From the NCBI RefSeq assembly GCF_009914755.1, contig NC_060930.1: a stretch of DNA of 64,000 nucleotides. The stretch is one strand, 5' to 3'. The notes beneath the pieces are model-generated. The model saw nothing but the letters and a program-made list of their open reading frames with translations. It was not told the DNA's origin and did no database searches. The position numbers were made by a program, and so were the translations under genes. Every line of letters starts with the position of its first letter. Within the stretch, counting starts at the first letter, position 1. Of this stretch, positions 1 through 15,038 are shown piece by piece. This DNA comes from the human T2T-CHM13v2.0 reference genome, Homo sapiens.

Positions 1-165
1 AACCAGCACCAGGGAAGGCAGAGTGGAGATGAGTCCTTGCTAACATTGTGTGAGCTGCTCGATCTAAATGGAATCAAAGCTAGAGCTACCTCTAATTTTC
101 TCAGTTATGTCATTCAAAAATTTTTCTTTCTGCTTCAGTCACTTGAAGTTAGATTTCTGTCACAT
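1..165 (+). mobile_element. MaLR LTR (MLT1J/K/L-like) 3' end
   Basis: ...ttctcagttatg...tttttcttttctgcttcagtcacttgaagttagatttctgtcac resembles the MLT1 3' terminus. Confidence 0.55.
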
Positions 166-859
166 ATATCTGTTAAATTCTTGATTAATATTAATATTTA
201 AATAAAACTTTCTTAACTCAGTGAATCTGAAGTGACAACTACACATGTATTTTGGTAAAGCAATATACCAAGTGTGTTCACTTGGTAATCATTCACTAAG
301 CAACACATGTATAATCTGCCTACTTTACCATACAGATGTTATTGCTTATGTTCAAAATGTCAGGTTCACGAAAAGGTGCAGGGAGAAGAAATGCTGTTGT
401 ATATGTTAAGCCATCGATATACAAATCACGCTGCTAATAAAAAAAAAAGCTTATCATAAACAGTCTATCAGATCAGAGTTCCAGGTTCAGCTGAGGTCAA
501 AATCTACTCTAAAGCTCCTTGCACCCAGAAGGCACCTCAACGAATACCTGTTGTTAAATAAATAAACCTTGGGGTTTGTTGTTGAAACTTTAAAGAAAAA
601 CATGACTCTTACTTACTCACAGGGGACTTATAATCTATAAGGTAAGCAAGATAAAGAAAGGGCCATCATAGGTATAATTCTAAAAGTGAGAATGGGAAAA
701 GCAAGTTATGGTTAAAAAAATGAATGAGATGAAATTGGATCTGCCATTAGGATAAAAAAGAATTCATGTGACAGAGCTAGGAAACTCTTAGGTGAAAAAG
801 ATCCCACAAAACCCCTAAATCATATTTACTGTTAGTGGCAGAGAATCTCATAAATGTCT

Positions 860-920
860 AAAGAACAAAACACAGTTTGTATTATGCTCAAACTAAGGCA
901 TTTTATTAGCTGGCTTTACA
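860..920 (-). terminator. Probable proximal cleavage/polyadenylation site of HBS1L (3'UTR ~0.65 kb)
   Basis: On the minus strand: UGUA (920-917), AAUAAA (907-902), then a GU/U-rich element CUGUGUUUUGUUCUU (875-861). Further AAUAAA hexamers at 1294-1289 and 1037-1032. Confidence 0.65.
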
Positions 921-1529
921 ACTTAAATAATATCTTGGCTTTCAAAGGAACAGCTTCCACTAATTCCAAATTAAACTTTCACAAGTTTACTTGTTTGGGG
1001 AGGGACATTCTTATGGTCACCACAAAATACTTTTATTATAACCTTCCCCAAATCTTTTCTTAGCATTAACTGGAAAAAAAAAAAAAAAAAAAGCTTAGGT
1101 CAAATATCAACTGCCTGAAAAACCCAATTAAGTTACTTTTCCTTAAAACATGTGCAGTATAATTGAATCAAAAGAGAAAACTGCAAATACATTGTGCTTT
1201 GGCCAGAAGTAGAGTTCATTTCATGATGATTCAGTATCTTCAGATACTATTTTTGACACTTGCCATAAATCTTAGCAAAGTAAATCCATTTATTAACGTT
1301 TCAAAGGCAAAGTTGTTTTTAACATTAGACTTTCTTTGCCAGTTGGCAACTTAGAATTTTTGCAGAGGTGATTATTAATACTTCTTTGCAGCTAATTTTA
1401 GCTTTAATTTTTCTCTCTCATCTAAAAACATATCAATTGCACATTGTTCCTTTGACTTAATAACTGCATTCTTGAAACAGAGGTTAGCTATTTCACTGTA
1501 TCCAGAAACGTGGTAGAAATTCTGACCCA

Positions 1530-1541
1530 TCATTCTTTTAT
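1530..1541 (-). CDS. HBS1L: HBS1L last exon, coding part IKE*
   Basis: Polypyrimidine tract then TTAACAG|ATA AAA GAA TGA, completing the recalled ...VVTEIKE C-terminus. Confidence 0.93.
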   Translation of the reverse strand: MKE

Positions 1542-1789
1542 CTGTTAAAACAAAAAAAAAAAAGACATTTGCTGTAATTTAATCAATCACATTATAAGAA
1601 CAACAAAGGGAAAATTATGGTGAAAGAATTATTATATCAAGAGAAAATCTTTTTCTTTGTCCTGCAACTTTCTTCCTTTCCTAGTCATGCCATTTCTGCA
1701 ATTTACTATAATCTCTCCATTATTCTCCACAAATGACTCTATCTTATTTTTAGAATGCTCTTTTAGAAAGAATGCCTTGATAGATTAAA

Positions 1790-2015
1790 TGTGATATTGA
1801 TGGCAACGATATCAGCTACCAATATTGGATGCTTTTTATGTGCTGAGTGCTTTGCACGTTATCATTTCATTTCAACACAACTCTAGGAGGTAGATTCTAT
1901 TATCCTATTTTTACACTGAAGGAGGTAAATTGAAGGAGAAATGCATTTATGCCGCTAAAAACTGGTGGAGCAAGAACACAAATGGGCAGTGTAACTCTGA
2001 AAGCTGTTTTCTTCA
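1790..2015 (-). mobile_element. MIR SINE
   Basis: cacaactctaggaggtagattctattatcctatttttaca resembles the MIR core. Confidence 0.6.
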
Positions 2016-2393
2016 CCTCCACCCCACACCGCCTTCCATATGTATTTTACTTAAATTATGTATATAGAGTTTCTTGGTGCTTTAGCAACTTAAAAGAAAG
2101 ATTTTTCATGATATGTGTAACTCACTTTTGATGCAACTTAAAGTTTATGTTATATCCAATTAAATAAACTAGTTTTAGGCAGAAAACAATCATGTGGAGT
2201 AATGAAGTACCCTTTAAAATACAATATTCATAAGATTCATATTAATTATGATAGTGTAGAAGAAATTAAATCATTGAAATTTTCTGGTTCATTTCTGGCT
2301 GTTTTCTCCAGCAATTAGAATTTAATATAAATTCTAATTTCTTGTTCTAGTAGCATAACTGTGTTTCCTTTAAGGCATAAAATCTCACTGAAG

Positions 2394-3053
2394 ATTTTAC
2401 CAATCTTCCAAATATAACCCTATCCCTTAAAGGACCACTACAACCTAAAATGAGTAAGGCTTCTCCTAATCAATGCTTTTTCTTTCATTCCCTCAATGCT
2501 TTCTTTTCATTCCTAAAAGGTAAAAAAGAAAAGGCATCATAACTATGGATATATAATGAGTCACTTTAAAATAAAATACCTCAGTGACAACACCAGCAGC
2601 TATTGTAGAACCACCGTAACGTAGCATGAACCTCCCCAGCTCTTTAAAGTCTTTATATAGCTCAAGAGCTATTGGTCTTTGTGTCTGTAGCTCTACCAAT
2701 GCATTCTGGCCTTTAGTCAAAAACCTATTAAGAAAAAAAAAGAACAAATGAATATATGATAGAGGTGAATAAATGTAATAATAACAACTTGAAAAACAAA
2801 TATTTCACATTTAACCAACATATCAACTGAGTCTTTCAAAAACAAGAAAAATATTTTTTGAATGAAAATATATGTCTTTGGACTTTCTGCTTTAGTTGAA
2901 AGAAATGAGGAGTAATTCTAGATTTAAGAAACATTAGGTAGTTCATTTTTACCAATCTTCCAAATATAACTCTATCCCTTACGGGACCACTATAGCCTAA
3001 AATGCTTAAGGCCCCTCATCATGAAATAAATGCTTTTTCTTTCATTCCCTCAA
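2394..3053. repeat. Pair of ~100-bp direct repeats (2394-2496 and 2945-3053)
   Basis: Both read ttttaccaatcttccaaatataac.ctatccctta..ggaccacta.a.cctaaaatg..taaggc...aatgctttttctttcattccctcaa. Confidence 0.92.
2580..2724 (-). CDS. HBS1L: HBS1L exon 17 (K)[12 protein letters not shown]...[19 protein letters not shown], 145 nt
   Basis: Within ORF 2493..2747. eEF1A-like GRFxLR C-terminal motif. Acceptor TAATAG|G, donor GAG|GTATTT. Confidence 0.97.
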
Positions 3054-4361
3054 GAAAGTGAGTTCAATTATCTAATAAAGAAAGTTATACTAAGGCTTAT
3101 TTCTATAAAAAAGTATTTGCAAAGAGGAATATAATGCCCTATGTCTTTCCTAGTAAAACTGTAATTTATGGAATGTGTATTAGGAAGTTATCTGTGAAGA
3201 GGACAATCAATCTGTTGTTGCTAAGATTCCCCTCAATCAATCAAGCAATCTCTCTCTTTCCCCACACAGGAATAATAGTTCCTTAGCAGGAGTTCAGGAC
3301 AAAAATCACATAAGTAGCTTTTCCACAATATGATACTTGTAAAATATGAAGGAAGACAGGGCATGGACCAGACTGTAAATGATTTCATAAAAATAAGTGA
3401 ACAAAAATCTCTAGGCTAGGCCCTGCTCAGACTTAGTGAGAGAGGCAGAACCTAAAAAGGGACATTTTGGAATTGTTTTCTAATTTAATTTTTATGTACT
3501 CTAGAAGTATAGTGGACAGAAATCATAAACTCTCCTTTTGAAAGATAAGTTCAGGGGCAGACGACTAAAAGAAGGTTCTAAAAAAATACACCAAAAATTC
3601 CAAATATTGGTTTTGGACAATTTCAGGCTTAAGTTCATTCCTTAGGAAGGAGAGCATCTAATACATAAATGGCTTGTTCCTAATTTAGTTTCTAGAACAT
3701 TAAATTCCATTCTGCATAAAGCAATCAAGAGCCTACAACGTGCCTGAACAGGAATGAAAGGGAAAGGCCAAACGGTTGTGCAAAATAAAAGGATAAAGCT
3801 ACAAATAAGATGACAGGGAACACAAACACGAGAATATGTTAAACTCTACCATCATTGAGCTAGGATTTTGTAGCAGGAGCATGGAGGGGAAGACTCAGGA
3901 TTATATATGATGAGCCAATTTCAGACTGAAAATTCTGTATCAGTTGTCTAGGTCAAACAACCTGGCTCCTGAACAAAAGAATATAATTTATGTAAACCAA
4001 CTGACTAGGTTAGAATCCTGCCTCTACCACTTGAGCTTTGTGTCACTTGCTAGATGCTTCACAGGATTGCTAAGAATATACATTATGTGAAAGCATTCAC
4101 AATACAGCCTAAAAATAGTGGTCCTCAAGAAATGTTAGTCATATAGTTATATCGTGTTTCTCAGAACATTATAGCAAACACTCATGCCACAAGCTAAAGA
4201 CTCAGGTTAAATATAAAGATCTACCTTTAGGAGAGAGGTAAAGTAGCCCTTCCTCCTAACAGAGAAACAGGCAAGGGTTTAGAGCAATGTGAGATTTTCT
4301 CTTCTACTTGCAGTCAGCCTATTAACCCACTAACCACATTTGGCCTCTTCTGCAGGTGTAA

Positions 4362-4799
<438 letters not shown>

Positions 4800-5488
4800 A
4801 AGAAATCTATTTTGTAACATTCATCTCTAGTCCTGTATTTTGTTTTTATTTACGTACTTAGTTTCTGAGGAAGTACTTAAAAAATCCCAATCTCGTCCTA
4901 GCCAAAGGGGAAGTGTCACACCTAAGCCTGGACATTAATGCTAATCAGCAGGCCCAACAGGATGCTGATCACCTCAACTTAAGGCTCCAGGTGGACTTTG
5001 AGCAAAAAAAAAAAAAAACAAACTTTCCAGATGGGAAAAGAGCAGGCACTACAGAGTGTATAGATTATTTTCTTCTTAGCTTAGCATAGGGAATGATCTT
5101 ATTAAGGAGGTGACAAGAAAGTTAAACACGCAGTAGAAATTTGGAACCGGTGTCTAGACATATTTTTTTAAATGCCCTTATTTTCACATAATCAGTATCT
5201 ATGGCTTGAAATGTACATACATATATAAGTTTATATTTACATTTATTTATAATTCACATCCTCCACCACCACACATAACAGAAATTATATCTAGTACCCA
5301 TATCTAAACAAGAGCTTAAATACTTGCTTGTTTTTATGTTTGTTTTAATCTAGCCCTTGAAAAAATAATTTCTGGAACAAGTAAAAATGGGTTTCACTTA
5401 CCACAAAGAGAAATACTACACAAATGAGTTAATCTTTAAAAAATTGGCTTAAATTGCTTGTTTATCATTTCTGTATTAAAACACTCAC

Positions 5489-5589
5489 TTAGGCTTTTTC
5501 TTTGTGACTTCACCCGTGCTTTTGTTTAAGACACTAATCAATCGTTTAATAACGGCGGGTTCACTGACAGTTTGGTAGTGTAACAGCAC
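5489..5589 (-). CDS. HBS1L: HBS1L exon 16 [33 protein letters not shown](K), 101 nt
   Basis: Acceptor TTTTAG|GTG, donor AA|GTGAGT. Domain III. Confidence 0.97.
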
Positions 5590-6246
5590 CTAAAACAAAA
5601 AATTATAACACTAAAAATCTGCTACCACAGTATCTCTGGCCTTTTCTTTTGGCACTTATACTTAATTATCTTCAATTCAGTGCTACTGCTTGGAGTCTTT
5701 CAGGATCTCCAGTTGCTTCCTCTAAGTCCCACCACTCTAATCAGGTGGTTACTTAACTCACTAAGAGGAAAAAAGTCATGAGAGGCATTTCAAATTTCTA
5801 CCCCACCAATTACTGCATCAACTTTAGTTCAGTGCATAACCTGTCAGCTTTTTCCTCTGTAAAGATGGAGGGTAACAACATCTTAGTGTTGTTCTAAAGA
5901 TTAAGTAAGAGAATTCGTCATTTAGAACAAATGTTGTTGTCATTTTTATTATTACAAGTAGTAGTAGGGAAAGAACCTGGGATTGAATCTCAACTCTTTC
6001 TCTTCTGTCTGTACCTCAGTTTCCTCAAGTGTAAAATAAGTAGGCTTTTATAGCGTTGTGATGAAAATTAAATAGGATCAGACACAGTGCTTGCCATGGT
6101 AGAAGTTCAACCAATATAAATTGTCTCACACAGATTAGAGAGGGGGATAATATCATATTCACAGTAATTAATGTATTCATTGTTGAATAAGAATAAAATA
6201 TTATAATAAATATAGAGGTAAAGAGGAAGGAAAATAACGTTTTTAA

Positions 6247-6714
<468 letters not shown>

Positions 6715-8109
6715 TAAAATCCCCAGCCTCTGGTTCCTTATCACTGAAATGAGGAAAATCAGATGTTATTTTAAAGTGGTGCCTGGCACATGGCAAGCAT
6801 TCAGTTAACTGATGGCCTTATATATTAGCTATTATTTCCATGTTTTATATGTAAGGAAAATTAAAATCAAAAAGGTTAAGCAATTTAATGTGGCCATGAT
6901 GCTGTGTGTAGAGCTGAATTTTAGGCTTATGTCAGCTGAAACTACAAATTCAAAGCTCTTCCCACTTGAGTTTACAAGGAGGCCTATAGAAATCATATAA
7001 ATGGAAACTTTCACTTTATGAAGATGAAGCTAAGGTTTGGATACACCCTAATCCAAACCAGAACAAAGTTAGACTGACTATCCTCGCTCAAATAATAAGT
7101 GTGCAATAAGCATTAAGTGTGTAATATGTCTATAGTTTAGAGATATTGGAAAGATCAATGCCCAGGACATATCAGAGCTATCAAAGTTTCATTGGTTTAT
7201 AAGTACAATTTAATGCTGTTTGTAGAAACACTGGCACTTCTACTCTGGAATTTCCTAGCCAAAATAGTTTGCACATTCAGAAAACAGAAATGCAAGGGGG
7301 GCTGTAGATGTACAATCTTAGACTTTGGGAACTTTCTAAACCAACTCATTCAATTAAAAAAAAAAAAAGGGCACAGCTGGGCCTGCATTACTCCAAAAAG
7401 ACAAAAGTGGTATTATTTTTCAATGGCATTTGAGGAGTCAGAACTGGAAAGATTCCAAAAGAATTAAAAACTGACTACTGGGGATGAAAAACTTGCCACA
7501 ATGAATGGTAAAGTGGTGAGAAACACCTGTGTGCATTCAAAGGATTCAGGTCTTAACCAGTACCAATATAACATAAATATAAGTCTAAATATCTAAGAAA
7601 CATTTCGTTTGTAACAAACAACTGAGGTAAACAAGCAGGATTCACTTCGCTTAGCCAAGGTGTGACTAAGGAACTGGAACCAGTCTCCATGGCCAAATTT
7701 GAAAGAACAGAAGCATACAAACCTAATTAAGTTCTTCTACCCTTGGTGAGCTATGTGTGAGCTATGCAAAATCAGGATGGACAAAGGATGGGTTGTGGCA
7801 GCATGAAGTTAGGTCTTATATGTCTTTTCATCTCCTCAGTATCTTGCAAATAGTAGCTCAAACAAATTATCACACGAAAATAACAGAGGGAAGTGACTGC
7901 ACACTATCTCAATATTTTAATTCATATTATATATAACCAAAGTCATCTATAATTCAAAGTAATGTGCAGCATAGTGTAATAGGAAAAAAAAGTACTGAAT
8001 TTCAGAGTAAAGGTAATGAATAAGGAGTCCTGGCTTAATCACTTATTATTTATATAGCACAACCTCTCGGAGGGTTCAATTCCTTATCTGTAAATAGGAA
8101 CCATACTAA

Positions 8110-8412
8110 TACAGGTCCACAATCACTTATCTGCAATTCCCAAGTCCCAAAAGACTGAAAATTTGAAGTTTTTTCTTAAGTCTGTAACAAGCCCATTTAA
8201 ATGCAAAACCAGACTTGAAGTGAGGCAATGTATAGATCTTATTTATCTCAGTTAGTGTTAATAAGTTCTGGTGCAGAAACATTAATATTTTGATTTTAGA
8301 GTGTTGTTCCCTTCTGTTATGTAACTTGTATGCATTATTTACCTTTCTAAAGTTCTAACATTTCTGAATTCTAAAACCATTGCTCTAAAGGGTTTCAGGT
8401 AAAGGCTGGGAT
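8110..8412. mobile_element. TcMar-Tigger MITE (MamRep434-like)
   Basis: Starts TA|CAGGTCCACAATC..TTATC and ends with a degenerate TIR. Similar to the 41475-41805 copy. Confidence 0.5.
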
Positions 8413-8534
8413 TCTATTCTTCGTGTAGGGTTATGAGAATCAAATTATCTAGTGTTCTATAAACTCAAATGGGCTACGTAGTCTGTTAGGTGGCCAAGTA
8501 AATCATTTTCCTTAATTTTCTAGATAACCTGTAT

Positions 8535-10215
<1,681 letters not shown>

Positions 10216-10278
10216 AAATATAAATTCACTTAAAGTCTAATCCATTCTTCTATTATTTCCTCTTAAAAAATATAGAGT

Positions 10279-13217
10279 AAGAGAGAAGATTCAAATAAGC
10301 TCAATTCAAAAGGAAAATGGAGACATTATAAACGACACCACAGATATACAAAAGATCATTTGAGACTACTATAAACACCTCCGTGCACACACTAGAAAAT
10401 CTAGAGGAAACGGATAAATCCTGGAAACATACAACCCTCCAAGCTTGAATCAGGAAGAAATAAGAAATCCTAAACAGACACATATCAAGCAGTGAGAATA
10501 AATCAGTAATAAAAAAAAAATTTTCAACAACAACAAAAAAGCTCAGGGCCAGATGGATCCATAGCCAAATTCTACCAGACATTCAAAGAAATAATACCAA
10601 TCCTACTGAAACTATTAAAAGACTGAGAAAGAGAGAATCTTCTCTAACTCATTCCATAAAGCCAGTATCATCACCCTGATAACAAAACCAGGAAAGGACA
10701 TAACAAAAAAAGAAAGCTACAGACCAACACCCCTGATAAACACAGATGCAAAAATCCCTAACAAAATACTAGCAAACCAAGTCCAACAGCATATCCAAAA
10801 GACATTTTATCATGATCAAGGAGGTTTCCTCCCAAGGATGCAGGAATGGTTCAGCATATGCAAGTCAATAAATGTGATTCACCACTGAAACAATTAAAAG
10901 CAAAAAAAAAACAGATGATCATCTCAATAGATGCGGAAAAAGCACTAGATAAAATCCAGGATCCCTTAATGATAAAATGTTCAATAAACTAGGCAAAGAG
11001 GAAACATACCTCAAAATAATAAAAGCCACATATGACAAACCCACAGCCAACATCATACTAAATGGGGAAAAGTTGAAAGCATTCCCCCTAAGAACTGAAA
11101 CAAGACAAGGATGTTCACTCTCATCACTTCTATTAAACACAGTACTGGAAGTCCTAGCCAGAGCAATCAGGCAAGAGAAAGAAATCAAGGGCATCCAAAT
11201 TGGAAAAGAGTAAGTCAAACTATCTCTGTTTGCCAATGATATAATTACATACCTAAAAAATCCTAAAGATTCCTCCCAAACAACACCTAGATTTGATAAA
11301 TGAATTCAGTAAAGTCTCAGGTTACAAAATCAATGTACACAAATCAGTAGCACCAACAACGATCAAGCTGAGAATCAAATCAAGAACAAGAACTTAATCC
11401 CTTTTACAATAGCTACAAAACCAACCAACCAACCCACCTAGGAATGTACTTAGCCAAGGAGGTGAAAGATCTCTTACAAGGAGAACTACAAAACACAGCT
11501 GAAAGAAATCATGGATGACAAATGAACAGAGATACATCCCATGCTCATGAATTGGAAGAATCAATATCATGGAAGAGACCACATTGCCCAATCTACAGAT
11601 TTGGTGCAAATCCTGTCAAAATACTAACATCATTTTCCACAAGATTAGAAAAAACAATCCTAAAATTCATATGGAACCCAAAAAGAGCCCAATTAGCCAA
11701 AGCAGTCCTAAGCAAAAAGAGCAAATCTGGAGGCATCACACTACCCTACTTCAAATTATACTACAGGCTATAATAACCAAAACAGCATGGTACTAGTATA
11801 AAGGTAGATTCATAGACCAATGCAACAGAATAGAGAACCCAGAAACAAAGCCAAATACTTAACAACCAACTAATCTTTGACAAGGCATGCAAAAACATAA
11901 ATTGGGGAAAGGACACCCTATTCAATGGATGGTGCTGGGAAAATGGATGGTGCTGGATAGCTACATATGGAAGAACGAAAACTGGATTCCTATCTCTCAC
12001 TACATGCAAGAGTTAACTCAAGAGGGACTTGGATCTAGGAACTGAAACCATGGAAATTCTGGAGGAAAACCTGGGAGAGGTTCTTCTGGACATTGGCCTA
12101 GGTAAGAATTTATGACTAAGACCCCCAAAGCAGATTCAACGGAAATAAAAATAAATAGATAAGACCTAATTAAGCTAAAGAGCTAGTGCACAGCAAAGAA
12201 ATCCTGAACATAGTAAACAGACAATCCACAGAATGGAAGAAAATATTTGCAAACTATGCATCTGACAGGACTAGTATCCAGAATCTACAAAAGACTCAAA
12301 TCAGCAAGAAAAAAAAGCAAACAATTCCATCAGGAAATGGGCAAGTGACATGAGCAGACACTTCTCAAAAGAAGACATACAAATGGCCAAGAAACATATG
12401 AAAAAATGCTCAACATCATTAATCATCGAGGAAGTACAAATCAAAGCCACAATGGGATACCACCTTACTCCAGCCAGAATGGCCATTATTAAAAAGTCAA
12501 AAAACAATAGATGTTGCCCTGTATGCGATGAAGAAGGGAACACTTGTGCACTGCTGGTAGGAATGTGGATTGGTATAGCCTCTGAGGAAAACAGAACAGA
12601 GATTTCTCAAAGAACGAAAAGTAGATCTACCAGTTGATCCAGCAGTCTCACTACTGGGTATCTACCCAAAGGAAAATAAGTCATTATATCAAAAAGATAC
12701 TTGAATGCATGTTTATCACAGCACAATTTACAGTTGCAAGAATGTGGAACCAACCTAAGTGCCCATCAACCAATGAGTGGATAGAGAAAACGTATATGTA
12801 CACCATGGAATACTACTCAGCCATACAAGGGTAGAGATAGTGTGTTTTGCAGCAACTTGGATAGGGCTGGAGGATATTATTCTAAGAGAAGTAACTTAGG
12901 AATGAAAAACCAAATAGCATATGTGCTTACTTAAAAGTGGGAGCTAAGCTATGGGTACACAAAGACATACAGAACAGTATAGGGGACACTGGAGACTCAG
13001 TAGCGGGTAGGGCTTGAAGGGGGTGAGGGATAAGAAACTACATCTTGGGTACAATATACACTACTTGGGTGATGGGTGCACTAAAATCTTAGATTTCACC
13101 ATTATACAATTTATCCATGTAATCAAAAACCACTAGTTGGTAAAAAGAAGTAAAAAGAAAATTGACAAATAAATAAAAAACAAAGGAAAAAATTACTTGT
13201 ACCCAAAAGCTACTGAA
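10279..13217 (+). mobile_element. 5'-truncated L1PB-type LINE-1 (ORF2 RT to 3'UTR), decayed
   Basis: ORF fragments [29 protein letters not shown] and [10 protein letters not shown]1PB-type 3'UTR. Possible TSD ATAGAGT (10272-10278 / 13218-13224). Confidence 0.93.
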
Positions 13218-14929
13218 ATAGAGTTTCCCATACAAAATAGGGAAAATTTAAATATATTTATGTAGTATTATGGCATTAGTCCCTAAACAGTAAAATTTTA
13301 ATAGCTTAGGAAACCTTTGTTTGCTTAAAAAATTTTTTTTCAAGTTTTTCTCCCATAGGGAGTAGACTGACAAAATATGGCCATATTTTTCTGAAACAAA
13401 TTTGATCCTGGTATTTCTGAATCAATATATGCTGGCAGAATCTCCTAAAGCAACAGTGAAAAACTTGCAATTCATGCTTATTTTTAAGAAACTACAGTAG
13501 TCAGGGAGACAGTATTACTATTCAAAGTCACTTCTGACCTCTTCATCCCTCTACCTCTCCATTGGCAAATATTATTATTGCATGAGTAAAAATATGCAGT
13601 AACCAACCCCTCCTTTGCCTCATAGGACATACTGCTTTCTGTGAATGAGTTCCATTCGCTCACAACAATTAACTTGTTGTTACTTGATGATCAATACATG
13701 AATTCTGAATATTTAAGTATCTTCAACTATAGCAATTTTTTTAAAAGAAGCTTTTCTTTTCTAGTGTATGGAAGAAATGGAATATAATTATGTAAGTAAA
13801 GTACCTAAATAGTACCTTAAAATATAATTTTACATGATCAAATTAATATAGAAATAATTACAAAGAATTATAAAGTACAAGGTTATCTCAAATATAGGTG
13901 TATCAGTATAAATGACCCAAATAAATGTATTGCCAACCTCTAAACCACTATCACTAACTTTAAAAACTCTTACTTTTATTTCAAAGATGCATCAAATGGT
14001 AGAAACATCACTGAGAAACATTTATTGTCATGCAGAATCTGTACTATATGAGCTAATTAGAAAAAAAAGTCTAATGGGAAAAATGGTCATCTGTCACGTG
14101 ACAAAAGCAAAGTACAAAAACTATAAGAGTACGGTCCCAAATATCTCAAAACAATTACACATAAAACAAAAAATCCAGACTATTCACAAGTAACAGCTTT
14201 TCAGGATAAGTAACATTATTGTATAAAATCTCCCTCTTCCCATAAAATGTATATGTTCAAATGATGCTGGCAAACCAACCTTACAACATGCAGGTTCTGA
14301 ATGTGTTGCTTCAGCACAACTGAATGTCTAGGATCCCCAGACATTTACTGTATGTCTAGGATCCCCAGAATACACCCAATACATACCAACTGGGTGGATA
14401 ATATGCTCACATAAAAACACACTGACATGTAAAGATATATATCTATGGATTATGCAAGTATATGGCATTTTTATTTTCCATATTTTTAAGTTTTCCAAAA
14501 TTTTCTATGCAATCTATAACTTTTATTATCAGAAAAACTGCAAATCGACATATTAAAAATGGAAACCCAGAATGATTCAACCTAAAAAACTTAGAAGTAA
14601 CTAAGAAAAACTTAGAAGTAAGTAAACTTTAGAACACAGTGAAAATGTGTCTATCATTTTTCCCTGGATAAATTTTATTATCATTACTTTGTATCCTATT
14701 TATTATTAAATATCTTCTCAATGCCTTTTAAAAAGTCCTCAGGCTCAAAGATCAAAATAAAAAACAAAATAAAAACGATTTTCTAATTATAAGTTTTTCT
14801 GGATTACAGTAATAAGATGTTAATTCAAAATAAATATAGTATCACCACTTGTAAAGAAAGTTACCACTTTTAGGATAAAGTTACTTTGAATTTATAAAAA
14901 CAGGAATAATAAAACATTTTGGAACTTAC

Positions 14930-15038
14930 AGGAAATCCTTTAGTGATAGGAATTTCAATATTAAAGATGAGGATTCGGGCTCTGAAACGAGTGCAAGCTT
15001 TAATGGGTACTTTGGGGCCACAAAATATGCAGCCAACA
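14930..15038 (-). CDS. HBS1L: HBS1L exon 15 (N)[36 protein letters not shown], 109 nt
   Basis: Acceptor CTTACAG|T, donor CCT|GTAAGT. Confidence 0.97.

Noticed and set aside
10919-12834. Multiple ORFs resembling reverse transcriptase
   Set aside because: Frameshifted fragments of a 5'-truncated L1 ORF2 and their antisense shadows; not an active element.
14324-14369. Repeat-spacer-repeat pattern (18-10-18)
   Set aside because: Only two units in human intronic DNA; a slippage duplication, not a CRISPR-like array.
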